Assembly (NCBI GenBank): GCA_051294375.1
Contig: CM119266.1
Span: forward strand, 5,543,149-5,607,148
Length of the DNA stretch: 64,000 nucleotides
Direction of reading: 5' to 3'
Source of the DNA: Paraspadella gotoi
Taxonomy: Eukaryota > Animalia > Chaetognatha
Under the pieces are notes generated by a model. It made no database searches. It had not been told where the DNA came from and worked only from the letters and a program-made list of their open reading frames with translations. Position numbers and translations under genes: made by a program. The stretch's first letter is position 1, and the number at the start of each line of letters is the position of its first letter. Positions 25,501-38,313 of the stretch are shown here, piece after piece.

Positions 25501-26013
25501 NNNNNNNNNNNNNNNNNNNNNNNNNNNNNNNNNNNNNNNNNNNNNNNNNNNNNNNNNNNNNNNNNNNNNNNNNNNNNNNNNNNNNNNNNNNNNNNNNNNN
25601 NNNNNNNNNNNNNNNNNNNNNNNNNNNNNNNNNNNNNNNNNNNNNNNNNNNNNNNNNNNNNNNNNNNNNNNNNNNNNNNNNNNNNNNNNNNNNNNNNNNN
25701 NNNNNNNNNNNNNNNNNNNNNNNNNNNNNNNNNNNNNNNNNNNNNNNNNNNNNNNNNNNNNNNNNNNNNNNNNNNNNNNNNNNNNNNNNNNNNNNNNNNN
25801 NNNNNNNNNNNNNNNNNNNNNNNNNNNNNNNNNNNNNNNNNNNNNNNNNNNNNNNNNNNNNNNNNNNNNNNNNNNNNNNNNNNNNNNNNNNNNNNNNNNN
25901 NNNNNNNNNNNNNNNNNNNNNNNNNNNNNNNNNNNNNNNNNNNNNNNNNNNNNNNNNNNNNNNNNNNNNNNNNNNNNNNNATTTGCGAATCGATTCTGTC
26001 AAAACAATATTAA

Positions 26014-26120
26014 GTTATTGTTGTTGTGATCGTTCTTATTGTTGTTGTGGTTGTTCTTATTGTTGTTGTGATTGTTCTTATTGTTGTTGTGATTGTTCTT
26101 AATGTGGTTCTCGTTTTGTT
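26014..26120. repeat. 21-bp minisatellite (ttattgttgttgtgattgttc) x about 5
   Basis: Direct observation. Confidence 0.9.
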
Positions 26121-26499
26121 CCACAGTTTTGATCCCTGCGACACGAGCCAAGCATTTAGAGTCGGAGTCATGAACAATTAAAAATGTTTATCTCTTCGTT
26201 TAAAACGATGTCATTTCGTTGTCACTCTCTCAATTTCATTAAACAGTTAGTCAGTCCCATTATTCATTTATGCAAGGAAACAAAACATTAAACAAACTTT
26301 GAAATATGAAACAACGAGACAAAAAAAACAGCACCCAAAACAAAACAAAAAAACCCATTTTTTTGAATAAACAAGAACGGTATTTCCAATATGTTGCGTC
26401 GCCGTGACTTTCAAAATATATATATATATATGATAAACGTTTTAATAAACATTTTCCTAAAACAAATCAAATATTATACAATACTTCGACTGTAGTTCT

Positions 26500-26692
26500 G
26501 GGTTGTCACGTGACTGCACAAGCATGATACATATGCTCATTTAAAATCTTAAGATATCTTATTTTCTTACCATTTTATAATTTGAGCATTTAAGCACGTT
26601 TAGATATAAATCGGACAAACTAACGGACTGACTGACCGACCAAAAAGTTAGGTAAAGAGTTTCTTCGCCAATTTCTGCGTCGCAACTAAAAC
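26500..26692. mobile_element. Short DINE-1/HINE-like fragment
   Basis: (GACT/GACC)n tract ending in cgcaactaaaa. The same terminus (ttttagttgcg...cggtcggtcggtctgtc) occurs at about 2110, 14468 and 16645. Confidence 0.4.
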
Positions 26693-27038
26693 CAAAAAAA
26701 AACCTCGTTTTGCTTCGAGAAGAAAATGACTTGAATCTTCATTCCAAGGTCGTCGTCATTGTCGTCGTCGTCGTCATTGTCGTCGTCGTCGTCGTCGTCG
26801 TTTTGTTCGTCGTCGGTGTCCTCGCCCCAGAATCGATGCTTCAGGGGCACGAGACGATAATGCTAATATCGGTGCTAACGACGTTAACGATGACGACGAT
26901 AACGACGACGACGACGACGACGACTAAGACGACGACGACGACGATGCTAACGATACCGAAAAACATGCTAATCCTTCTCCTTCAGGTTTTTAAAGGAGGA
27001 CGGGGGTTTTTCTTTGATGGAAATATCGCTTAAACAAA

Positions 27039-27042
<4 letters not shown>

Positions 27043-27088
<46 letters not shown>

Positions 27089-28450
27089 TCAGAAGATTTG
27101 TTAAATTGACATTATCATTATCTTCCAAGTGTTGTAAACTATAAGAAATTCTGAGGGTAAGGATATTTCAATATTTAAATCATTCCTTACATTTTTCTTC
27201 TTCTTCTCTTGTCTCTCCTTGTAACTTAACTTCCCTACCTTTCTCTCTTACTCTTTTCCTCTTTCTTCTTTCCTTTTCTCCCTCTCTTTCTTTTTTTTTG
27301 GACTTTCCTCCCTTTTTCTCTCTTTTTACCTCTCCTGCTTTCCCTCCCTTTCTCCTGCCCTTTCCTTCTTTACTCCTTTTTTTCCTCCCTTTTATTTTCT
27401 CCCTTTCCTTTCCTCCCCCCTCCCTTTCCTCTTTCCTCCCTTCCTCCCTCTCTCCTTTCTATCCGCCATCTTTAATTCTCCTCTTCTCTTCAATTTCCTT
27501 CCATGAATTTTGCAAAAGATGCTTCATGTTCATCTCACGTTTTTTTTTTGGACCACTATTTTACACGAACGTCCCTTTTCTGTTTCTAATACCGGAACTT
27601 AATTTTAACCTTAATTTATCATTAATGCTCAATCAAATCTTAAAAATTCTTAAAACTTAAAAAATTAAATTATATCGTAATTTAAAATGAAAAGAAGCGC
27701 TTTTAAGAAATATGCCCCATCCAAAAAAAAGACAAATTACAGTGGACCTCCAATATTGCGAGAAGGCAATAGGAAATTTAGTTTCCAGAGAGATACGAGT
27801 TGCGTTTTGTTTGTTACATTTTGTTAAATTTTAAGTTGAGCCTCAAGTTAAAGTTAAACAGAAAAAAGTTTTTTTTAAAGCATCGACGGCATTTTGTAAA
27901 TACAGAGAATAAAAAATGGTTAATGACTTGAACAAAGTTTGTCCGCTTAAGATATTGTTTTATTCCATTCAGATTTTAATCTTCCAAGCTAATTAACTAA
28001 AATATTCTCAAAATTAACAAAGGCGATACGTAACTGCGCGTATCTAATGTTTATAATATCATCAACGTTATTTCTTTAAGAAAGTCTTCAACTGCAATAT
28101 TATTAATCCCCCACGCCCCAAGTTATCAGAATTTTCCCTTATATTAATTTTTCCTCGAAATAATTAATAACCTCCTTTTTCCTCTTCCTCCTCTTCCTCC
28201 TCCTCCTCCTCCTCTTCATAGACATTCGGTCAATTCTCACTCAACCAAAGCGAAATTTCCTGTTTCGCTTTTTCTGTGTCAGAAAACGCGAAAATGGTAA
28301 ATGAGATGGTAAATGGTAACGGGAAATGGCAATGATGTCATAAATGATTCAGGGTTCAAATTGGTTGTAAATATTACAAAGACTAGGATTAATTTGGTAT
28401 ATCATAACTTCTATACATTTGTGCAATTATTGAAAGACACAATAACAAAA
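27043..28450 (+). repeat. Noisy direct copy of 36803-38233
   Basis: Colinear from (GA)n-gtctcag to ttattgaagacaca. Confidence 0.9.
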
Positions 28451-28765
28451 TGTTTTCTGCATTACTTTGGCGAGAGGTTTGGTACTTCTACGCGACGCGC
28501 GTAGCTGTAGTGTCCAATGAGCTGGAGTGGCCTTTTGTGTAACTCAAAATGGAGCCCACCTGGGTCACGAGTACATCGAGATATCGCCCGCTGCATTTAT
28601 AGGCGGGTGAAACTTCCCAGATGGAGGGAGGGGAGCAATCGTTCAGCAAGTCCAGGGGCCCTGGAATCAGCTCGGACCCAGGAAGGGGCTCCACGACGTG
28701 GGAGGGGTGTCATGCTTATAGGGGCCGGGGGTGTTTATACTTAATGCCCAGAGTGCCGACTATAG

Positions 28766-29051
28766 GAATCCACGGTGAAGTTTTGAAGTGGATTCGATGT
28801 GATAAATGAGGATTCCCCTGATCTATCGTGGAGAATCACGTCAGAACGTTGTCTTCCTCTTTTGCAAGTCTAGAAAAAGGGAATGTGGGAAAGTTCTGAG
28901 TCGATGGACAGGGGTCGCGGATGTAAGCGGTTCGGGCCTATCGTCAAATACCAAACGCCTCCGCAAATCTGAGTTCGCGGAGAAGCGGTTCGGGAAATAT
29001 CGTCGATACTACGACTACCACAATCATGCGATAAATGAATGTTGGTTTTGA
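28766..29051 (+). CDS. Third noisy copy of the putative terminal exon of the Der p 7-like gene
   Basis: Homologous to 11953-12227 (GIHGEV..., IPLI..., YRRYYDYHNH). It lies in the same order after the SINE head and before the DINE-like element. Confidence 0.4.
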
Positions 29052-29300
29052 AGAAACGTTAAGTCGAACTCAATTTATGCTAAGTTTTATATATAATAAT
29101 ATTATATAACAGAAATAAAATCTTAAAAGCATTAGCTAACGAACGTCGCAACACATGATAAAATTTGGACTCATGCCAAGTTTAATATTCCACAAAAACA
29201 AATTTGATGGCAGGAAAACTAAGTTTGATGCTTAAAAACGACGGACGGAGGACGGAAGCGGACATCAATTTTTTTTGCAAGAATTCTCATAATCGATATT

Positions 29301-29560
29301 TGTGGGCGGTATATTTCAACCGCCTCACGTCCACCATCATTCAGCCAAGTCCATTTGGCGTCAGAGGGGAACACATCAACCCAGGCGTAGTGTTCCATCC
29401 ACAGTCCTCCGAATTTCCTTCATGCGTTGTCAAAAGCGAGACCGTCCTAGGGTAACCGCGCCAGTGACTGAAGGCGTCACTGAGGATCGGAAGCCCCCAA
29501 AGCCAACAAGTGAGATGCCCATCTCAATGGCATCACAGGCAACCAAGGCTGTTGGCCATA
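29301..29560. mobile_element. 260-bp solo-LTR-like insertion with a 5-bp TSD, nested in the HINE
   Basis: ATATT at 29296-29300 and 29561-29565. Termini TGTGGGC...GGCCATA (TA instead of CA). Absent at the homologous sites near 12480 and 24805. Confidence 0.7.
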
Positions 29561-30660
29561 ATATTCGATATAATAAGTGACTTTACGGAACAAGATTGGG
29601 TATGGGCGGACGACCGGACGCGATAAAGTTAATTATCAGAGCCGGAATCTGCTGTAAGTAAAAGTAAAAGTAAAAAAAAAAACTTTTTCGTTTCCAAGTA
29701 TTTGTTTTATTTTATTTACGCATTTGGTTTTTTAAACTTTCTGTTCAGTGACTTATACCAAAAAAACGCAATCAATAAATTTAGTCCTCTCAAACCTATA
29801 AAGAATGCTACAATCAATATAAACATTAATCCAATTCATTTGATAAATAAGCTATTTGCCCCTGACTTTTGAACAGGCTTTGGAAGTTTTTTAGGCCCTC
29901 CATCACTCTTACAAGATCAAAACATAGCGACTCCGTGCAAGCTCTCAATCAAGAATTAATTCAAGTCCGAGTGTTATTAAAGGCAACAGTGAGATTTTGT
30001 AAGTGATATATTTCATGTTTCAAAGAATGTTTATAATTATATAAAAAGATATTCTCAATCTTTGTTTCCTTCCCTCTATCCTTAATTTTTTCATCCTCCT
30101 CCTCTCCCCCTCCTCCTCCTCTTCTCTTCCTCTTCCTCTCCCCTCGCTCCGCGTATGAGAGGGTGGATTTACTTTGCGAAGGCATCAGAAAATATTTCAT
30201 GCTTTTCCATCTTGTTCTCGCAATGAAAATTGATATCTTAAGAGAGAAGTCAATCTTCTCCCACTAGCTTTTGCCATCTCTCTCTCTCTATCTCTCCTCT
30301 CTCTTGGTCATCTCTCTCCTCTCTCTCTCCTCTCTCTCTCGTCTCATCTCTTCTCTCTCGTTCTGTTGTATTCAACGAGCGAATACCTCGATGTCAGATA
30401 TTTTTTTAGAACAGGACTTGACAGGTGCTTCGCAGCCTACTTCATTCTCCGTTATGACTGTGCCGTCTTCTTGCCAGAATCCGATTCCTTTGATTTGTTC
30501 GAGAACAGGAAATTGTGTATGCCAGGATGCAGATTGTTGGACATCGCTTGTTTTTGTCAAGAATCCCGGTTACTGCTGAGAATTTTTCGAAATGCTTTGT
30601 TCTACAATAGTTTAGTGAGTAGTAAGAGAGAAGAGAATGATGGAGAGAGAGAGAGAGAGA

Positions 30661-30717
<57 letters not shown>

Positions 30718-31254
30718 GAGAGAGAGAGGGAATATGGTCATACAACCATCGCCAGGGTCGAAACAGGTGGAACTTAGGTCGACTTTATGGTTTTTTTCCT
30801 TCGGCTTTGCTGAATCTTATGTGTAATCTTATGTGAACGTAGAGAGAGAGGGGAGAGAGAGTGAGAGATAGGACAGAGGAGAGAACAGGGATAGGGAGAG
30901 AGAGAGAGAGAGGGAGAGAGGGAGGGAGAGAGGATATAAGTATTTAGAAGTCACAATATTTTCATCTTATTTGACTCAAAAAAGATAAATCGCGTCATAA
31001 TTCGTTTTTATGTACATCTGTGTAATACGTATATGTTGAGATATGTTATAATATGTTAAGATTATGTTATGTTATGTTGTGTAATGTTATCTTAAGTTAT
31101 GATTCTTTATATTAATTAGTTATTCACATCTCGAGTTTAAAAAATACTCCTTAGTCCTTATTCAAATAATATCATTTGAAACGTTAATGGTTTTAAAATA
31201 TGTTCAAATATAATGAAATATATAGTCAGCCTTTTTTTCAACTGACCAAAATAT

Positions 31255-31302
<48 letters not shown>

Positions 31303-31639
31303 GAGAGAGAGACGGATATCCGGAAACGTAACAACGATGATGGAATCAAAACAAAACCTCGAAAGCCGAACGGGATTTTGGGATTAGGAAAAAAGAGGGG
31401 GGCGGGAGGGGAGAGCAGGGGGAAGGGTGGTTGGATGGATCGCAGGCGGGCTATGGGAGAGAGAAGGGGGGAGAGGGGAAGGGGTTGGGCAGCCGCTAAA
31501 AGGAACGCGATGAGCGCTAAAAGAGTCGATTGTTTTTTTTGCAAAAGGTCAGTCAGTCAGTCGGTTGAAAAAAGAGGAGCGAATATTGAAAAGGGATGGA
31601 CGCTTGAGGTGGATCAGAGGAAAAGGGGGAAACTTTGGG

Positions 31640-31910
31640 GGTGGGTGGAGGTGGAGGTGGAGGTTGAGTGGTGGTGGAGGTGGAGGTGCAGGTGGAGGAG
31701 GAGGGTGAGGTGGAGTGGAAGTGAAGTGGAGTGGAGATGGAAGTGGAGTGGAGGTGGAGGTGGAGATGGAAGTGGGAGTGGAGTGGATTGGAGGTGCAGG
31801 TGGAGGTGGAGGTGGAGTGGAGGTGCAGGTGGAGGTGGAGGTGGAGGTGGAGGGGAGGTGGAGTGGAGTGTGCAGGTGGCGGGTGAGATGGAGTGCAGGT
31901 GGCAGGTGGA
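31640..31910. repeat. (GGTGGA)n-type G-rich tandem repeat
   Basis: Direct observation; complementary copies at about 47400-47715 and 51960-52520. Confidence 0.9.
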
Positions 31911-33633
31911 ATGCTTTCTGAAGAGAGAGATGGCACTGCAAGGGGCGTCTTTGAAAGAATGCAATCTCATAGTTATCTACGAAAGCTATCTGCAAAAAAA
32001 ACAGATGAAATGTTTTGCTGTAATCTAACTTTGAATTACAAAAATTTGTTTTCAGGGAGAGAGAGAGAGAGGAGGAGGATTAGAAGAGAGAGAGAGAGAG
32101 AGAGAAGAGAGAGAGACGTGGGTGGGATTATTCACCCAATCGAAATCAAATCGATAGAATCGGAATTATTTGGCGGAGAATTTGACGATGGTTGAGGAGG
32201 AAGGGAGGAGGAGGAGCAGGATGAAGAAGAGAGGAGGAGGAGGAGAAGGGAAAGGACCACACAGGTGAAAGGGAAGGGAGATGTTGGAACGGGAGGGAAA
32301 CGACGGACTGACCGACCTGAACGAAGTTGTTATGGCGATATGGTCATCCGGCATCTCGGTCTTCGTTAATATTAAAATATCATTTATAGTTTCGTTTGAT
32401 AATATTATATCTCGTTTCATTTATAAAAGCAATGGTCTGAAAATTTTGTAACCTGATGCCCAATTACTGATAAAAAATTAGTATTCTTTTTCAATAAATA
32501 CTTAAATTAGCCAATTATTATAATTAAATACGAATATCTATACCGAATCGGCTGTGAATTCATCTCACCCCAAAACCGAAGCGCCCCTGGTGGACCCGCG
32601 AAGAGAAAGGAAAGAGAAGTCTCGACCCTTAACGGATTCGGCCGAAAGCTCAAAAGTGGTCACGACTCTAAGTGGCCATCGATTGAAAGTGGTCAACGGG
32701 TCGCCCCCATGGAGGGTGGTCCAATTACGGGCCGGAAACAATAAACGCTTTGGTGACTTTAACGACGATGACGATGACGACGACGATGAGACGACGACGA
32801 TGACAACGATGATGATAGGCAACAACAACAGTCCAATTTTTAAAGGATAAAAGTTCTGCCGAACCGAATTATGAGGATTTCGTAAACGGGTACTGGAAGT
32901 AATCTCACATTTGTTTGATGTCTATTATTACTTTAATCTATTGATAATAAATCTGTAAAACAACCTATCCTTAAGCGATATCATATTTTAAAAATATTGT
33001 TTCCTAAAACGCAGCTTAAAAACTCAATTAGAATTTCGTTTTTGGGTCGATTTATCTCTTTGAGGACCGAGACAGCATCTATGCGATGCCATCGCTACAT
33101 TTTTACATTATTCCCATAATTTTGATTGCTTACTAGGCATAGCTATCCGAGAAAAACTTCGATGTTGAGCTAAGTTACACTCGCAATGCTTGCTTCCCCC
33201 TCCTTCGTGCTTGCTTCTCCCTCCTTCGTGCTTGATTCGTCTTCTCCGTGCTTGATTCGTCTCCCCCGACGCTAGATGGCCCCTTCGGTCGTCAGGACGT
33301 CAACGTCCGGCCGTCCGCCGTCAAAACCGTCCACCTCTGGATCGTAAACCACGCGCCCTCGTCCTCGTCCGCGACGCTGGGGGTCCAAACGTCACCCGCC
33401 GTCGGACGACCGTCACCCCCAAAAGTCGCTAATTTCACGCGTCCGTGATTCGTCCGATTTCCGCCGCGAAATACCAAGCGCCCACAACGTAGTTCTGAGT
33501 CGTCGTCGTCGTTCGTCGCCGGTCGCAGCCCATCTTTTTCCGTTTCTCACTTGTGCTTAAAACTAACCGAGATTTCAAGATAATTTTGATTAGTGGCTCT
33601 CTGACCACGACGCGTCTCTCCTCTTCTTCCCTC

Positions 33634-33722
<89 letters not shown>

Positions 33723-34248
33723 GTAAATAGCGTCCGTTCATGGTTTCGTCTTTTGCGGCAGGAAGATTCACCGATGTTCTTTTTTGTGCTTTGCTCGTTG
33801 TCGTTGTTGTTGTCGTCTTTTGTCGTCTTTCTTGTCTTTGGTTTGTTGCGGTCTTTTGTCGTCGTCTCCTTCGTCTTTGGTCGTTTGTCGATGTCGTCTT
33901 TGTCCTTGTTTGTTGTTTAATTTTCGGATTTTTAGAATTATTAATTTGTTACTATCTTTAGTATTTTCGGTGGAAAAGAAAAAATTACAAATCCCGTGAA
34001 AAATGTTAAATAATAAAAGTTGTTATATAAACGTACGTTTAACTTAAATATAATGAAAAACCCGATGGATTTGCTTTGGGGAAATTTTCATGGAGTTTTC
34101 AAAAAAAATTATTTTTAAAAGTTTTAATAATATTGTTTCTATGAATTTTATCTCTTTGAATTACACAGTGTCTCTATATCAGAGAGAGAGAGAGAGAAGA
34201 GAGAGAGGAGAGAGAGAGAGAAGAGAGCATGAAGAGAGCAGAGAGAGA

Positions 34249-34282
<34 letters not shown>

Positions 34283-36340
34283 GGAGAAAGAAGGAAAGAT
34301 TTTATCCCGCGAGAGGCAGCACCGTTCTAGACTCATGGTTCATTTTATGGGCGGAAGGATTGACAGAAGAGATCGACGCTTTTTCGAGTTTGAAAAGAAA
34401 AAGAAAGAAAAAAGAAAAAAATGGATCTGGTTCAATTAAAACTTCCTTACGAAACAAAAACTAAAAATTCTAAGGAATAATAAATGTATTTTTTTAAAAT
34501 TTTTTTTAAATTTCTTTTTTTTCCTTCAGCTGTTATCTGGAGGAATATTTAAATTACAAATAAATATTTAAAAAATATGTTTAAGGGAAAACAAATTTTA
34601 TTTATTTTCACAAAACCAACGGTTTTTTATTGTCGTCCGAACCACTCTGTTTCTCTTTAACTAAAACGCAACGAAAAAAATTTTTTTAAAAAATATAAAA
34701 ATTGCAAAGAAGTATTTATGTCTTACATAAGATTTTTAAGATCTGGAAATTTGAATATTTATATTTATTCAGTTTTCCTTTTATTCCTTTCCTTCTCTTC
34801 TCTCTTCTCTCTCTCTTAGATAGGCGCAAGTTTACCTAGTCGTTTATAATGGTTATTTTTAAACTATTTTACATTTTACTGATAGGAAATGGTGTCCAAT
34901 ATTTGTTGAGTAAATTTCAAATCAATCGACCCACCGTTGAAAAAATTAATCTACCCAAAAAATGGTCATTTTCCACAGACACCCAATTTTTTAAAAACAA
35001 ATCCTGCGTTCGTTAAAAATTCTTTGGTTCCACTTTAAATTTTTTGCTTCGTCCGAGTGACTTAATTGATATTTAAAAAATTTGATTTTCTTGATATCTT
35101 TTGAACCAAAATATAGAACAATGAGACTGGTATCATTATTAAAGCCGATAATTATGGGGCATCTTTTCCATATAATTTTTCTCAAATGTTACAAAAGGAT
35201 TTTTTTTAAATCTGGATCGGAATCTTAGTCAAAAAAAGTATAAACCAACTTTGAAAATTTAAATTTAAACACACTTGGCTGATTTAAAAAAATAAATATA
35301 GATCTAGAAAGAGAAAAAAGATTGAATTATGTTTCTGATATAAAAATTTTTTTCTATACTTCAAATATATAATTACCTAAGTAATGAATTATCATTTTGG
35401 TTGAAAAAAAAAAAAATTTAAAAAATTCATTGGAGCGAACCTTAAAAAAACATATGATTAAATATGAAAATTTAGAGTTGAAACTTTGTTCCGGCTGATT
35501 TTTAAAAACTACTGACCATAGGGCTAAAAGGACTGTGTATTAATCAGATTTTTAAATTTTTGTCATCTTCAGGTGCAAAATTAAAACTTTGCATAATGCC
35601 ATTAGCTATATAATATTTAAAATTCTTTTATTAAAAAAAGCACTAACAATCTTTTTTATAACACGCTATGATGTAGTGTATTGGTAAAATTGTTTGTTTT
35701 TTTTTTTATTATAATACAAGGCTTTTATCAATAAACGGGTTAAATTGGCAAAGAAATTGAGTTATTTCCAGGCTTCACATATTGATTATATGATATCATG
35801 AATTTTTCCTTGTTCCGGCAACGAATGTTTACCTAAGAACATTGTAGTTTCATTAGTTAATCTTTATTTTATATATTTTAAAGGGCACTTGTTTGGCAAA
35901 AAACAGCAAGAAACAAAAAATGACAACAAATTTGAAAAAAAATTTGGGATGAATTGCTATATTTCTTACTATGACGTCAATTTATTTTTTTCGTGTATGT
36001 GCTTGAAAGATAGGCTAAACCAAAACAGAAATCGGAATTCCAGTGGCATAACCGCTGTATATTTATTGACTTATACAGTAAATACCGCAGATAAAAAAAA
36101 ATTTAAAAGAATTCAGACTAAGCGCCTTGTTTATTTTCAGTATTTTTAGTCAAGACCTTTATGAATTTTTTTGTTCCGGCGGGCGTTGGATAGCCGCAAA
36201 TTACTGCAGTTTCAAAATCATCCATTGTTTTGTAATATTTTACTGGCGCTACTTGGTGCAAAAAAATTGCTAGGAACCAAAATTATCAGAAACCGCTCTT
36301 CATTCTTTCGGGATTTTTTTTTAAGGCGCGGAGCGACATA

Positions 36341-36387
<47 letters not shown>

Positions 36388-36805
36388 TCTCTACCTACAA
36401 CCGATCATTTATTGTTGCTTNNNNNNNNNNNNNNNNNNNNNNNNNTAAAAAACCCGTTGTTTGTAAACAAATAAAATTTGTTTTCCCTTAAACATATTTT
36501 TAAATATTTATTTGTAATTTAAATATTTCCTCCAGATAACAGCTTGAAGGAAAAATAATGAAATTTAAAAAAATTTTAAAAAAATACAATTTATTATTCA
36601 TTAGAATTTTTAGTTTTTGTTTCGTAAGGAAGATTTAATTCGAACCAGAATCATTTTTTCTTTTTTCTTTCTTTTTCTTTTCAACTCGAAAAGCGTCGAT
36701 GCTCTTCTGTCAATTCCTTCCCCCATAAATGAACCATGAGTCTAGACGGTGCTGCCTCTCGCGGATAAATCTTTCCTNNNNNNNNNNNNNNNNNNNNNNN
36801 NNGAG

Positions 36806-36842
<37 letters not shown>

Positions 36843-38233
36843 TCTCAGGAGATTTCGTTAAATTGAATTATCATTATCTTCCAAGTGTTGTAACTATAAG
36901 AATTCTGAGGGTTAGATATTTCATTTTAAATCATTCCTTACATTTTCTTCTTCTCTACTCTTGTCCCTCTCCTTGTAAACTTAACTTTCCTACCTTCTCT
37001 CTGTACTCTTTTCCTCTTTCTCCTTTCTTCTTTCCTTTTCTCCCTCTCTTTCTTTTTTTTTGACTTTCCTCCCTTTCTCTCTTTTACTCTCCTGCTCCCC
37101 TCCCTTTCTCCTGCCCTTTCCTTCTTTACTGCCTTTTTTTCCCTCCTTTTTATTTTCCCCCTTTCCTTTTCGCTTCCGTCCCTCCCTTTCCTCTTTCCTC
37201 CCTTCCTCCGCGTCCCATCCTTTCCTATCCCGCCATCTTTAATTCTCCTCTTCTCTTCATATTTCCTTTCCATGAATTTTGGCAAAAGAGCTTCATGTTC
37301 ATCTCACGTTTTTTTTTGGACCACTATTTTAACACGAAACGTCCCTTTTTCATGTTTCTATAACCGTGGAACTTAGATTTTAAACCTTAAATTATCATTA
37401 ATTGCTGAAATCAAATCTAAAAAAATTTTAAAACTTAAAAAAATTGAATTTAATCGTAATTAAAATGAAATTACGCTTTTAGGAAAATATGCCCCATCCA
37501 AAAAAAAGAAAATTGCAGTGGACCTCCAATATTGCGAGAAGGCAATAGGAAAATTCATTTTCCCAGAGAGATACGAGTTGCGTTTGTTTGTTATACTAGA
37601 AGTTTTAAAATTTAAGTTAAGCCCTCAAGTAAACAGAAAAAAGTTTTTTTAAAGCATAGACAGAGAAGTAGAAGTAAGAAGTAATGTACAGAGAATACAA
37701 AAGGGTTAATACTGAACAGAGTTTGTCCGTAAGATATTGTTTTTATTCCAGTCAGTTTTAATTTCCAAGCAATCTGCTAAATTAACTTAAAATATTCTCA
37801 AAATTAACAAGTCGATAACAGTAACTGCGCGTAATTTAATGTTTATAATATCATCCAACGTTATTTCTTCTAAGAAAGTCTTCAACTCGCAATATTATAA
37901 TCCCCCACGCCCCAAGTTATTAGAATTTTCCCTTATATTAATATTCCCTCCGAAATAATTAATAACCCACTTTTTCCTCTTCCTCTCTTCTCCCTCCTCC
38001 TCTTCATAGACATTCGGTCCAATTCTCACTCAACAAAGCGAATTTCCTGTTTCGCTTTTTTCTGTGTCAGAAAGCGAACATGGGTAAATGAGATGTAAAT
38101 GGCAACCGGAAATGGCAATGATGTCAATAAATGATTCAGGGTTTCAAATTCGGTTGTAATATTCAAAGACTAGGATTAATTTGGTATATCATAACTTCTA
38201 ATACACATTTGGTGGCAATTATTGAAGACACAA

Positions 38234-38266
38234 AAGCAACAATAAATGATCGGTTGTAGGTAGAGA

Positions 38267-38313
<47 letters not shown>

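Noticed and set aside
24004-26029. ORFs of about 200 aa (also 54526-57667)
   Set aside because: They span N gaps and are mostly X.
26014-26120. CRISPR-like periodicity (also 33187-33265, 62648-62850)
   Set aside because: Head-to-tail tandem repeats with no unique spacers or cas genes, in a eukaryotic context.
31378-32028. Extensin-like, Pro/His-rich or Gly/Trp-rich ORFs (also 47334-47803, 51956-52599)
   Set aside because: Produced by the (GGTGGA)n repeat; frames are not conserved among the three copies.
35480-36345. Possible Helitron or TIR element (recurrent tgttccggc; aggcgcggagc shared with the 3.35-kb element terminus)
   Set aside because: No empty site, matching terminus or TSD; an 11-bp match is insufficient.
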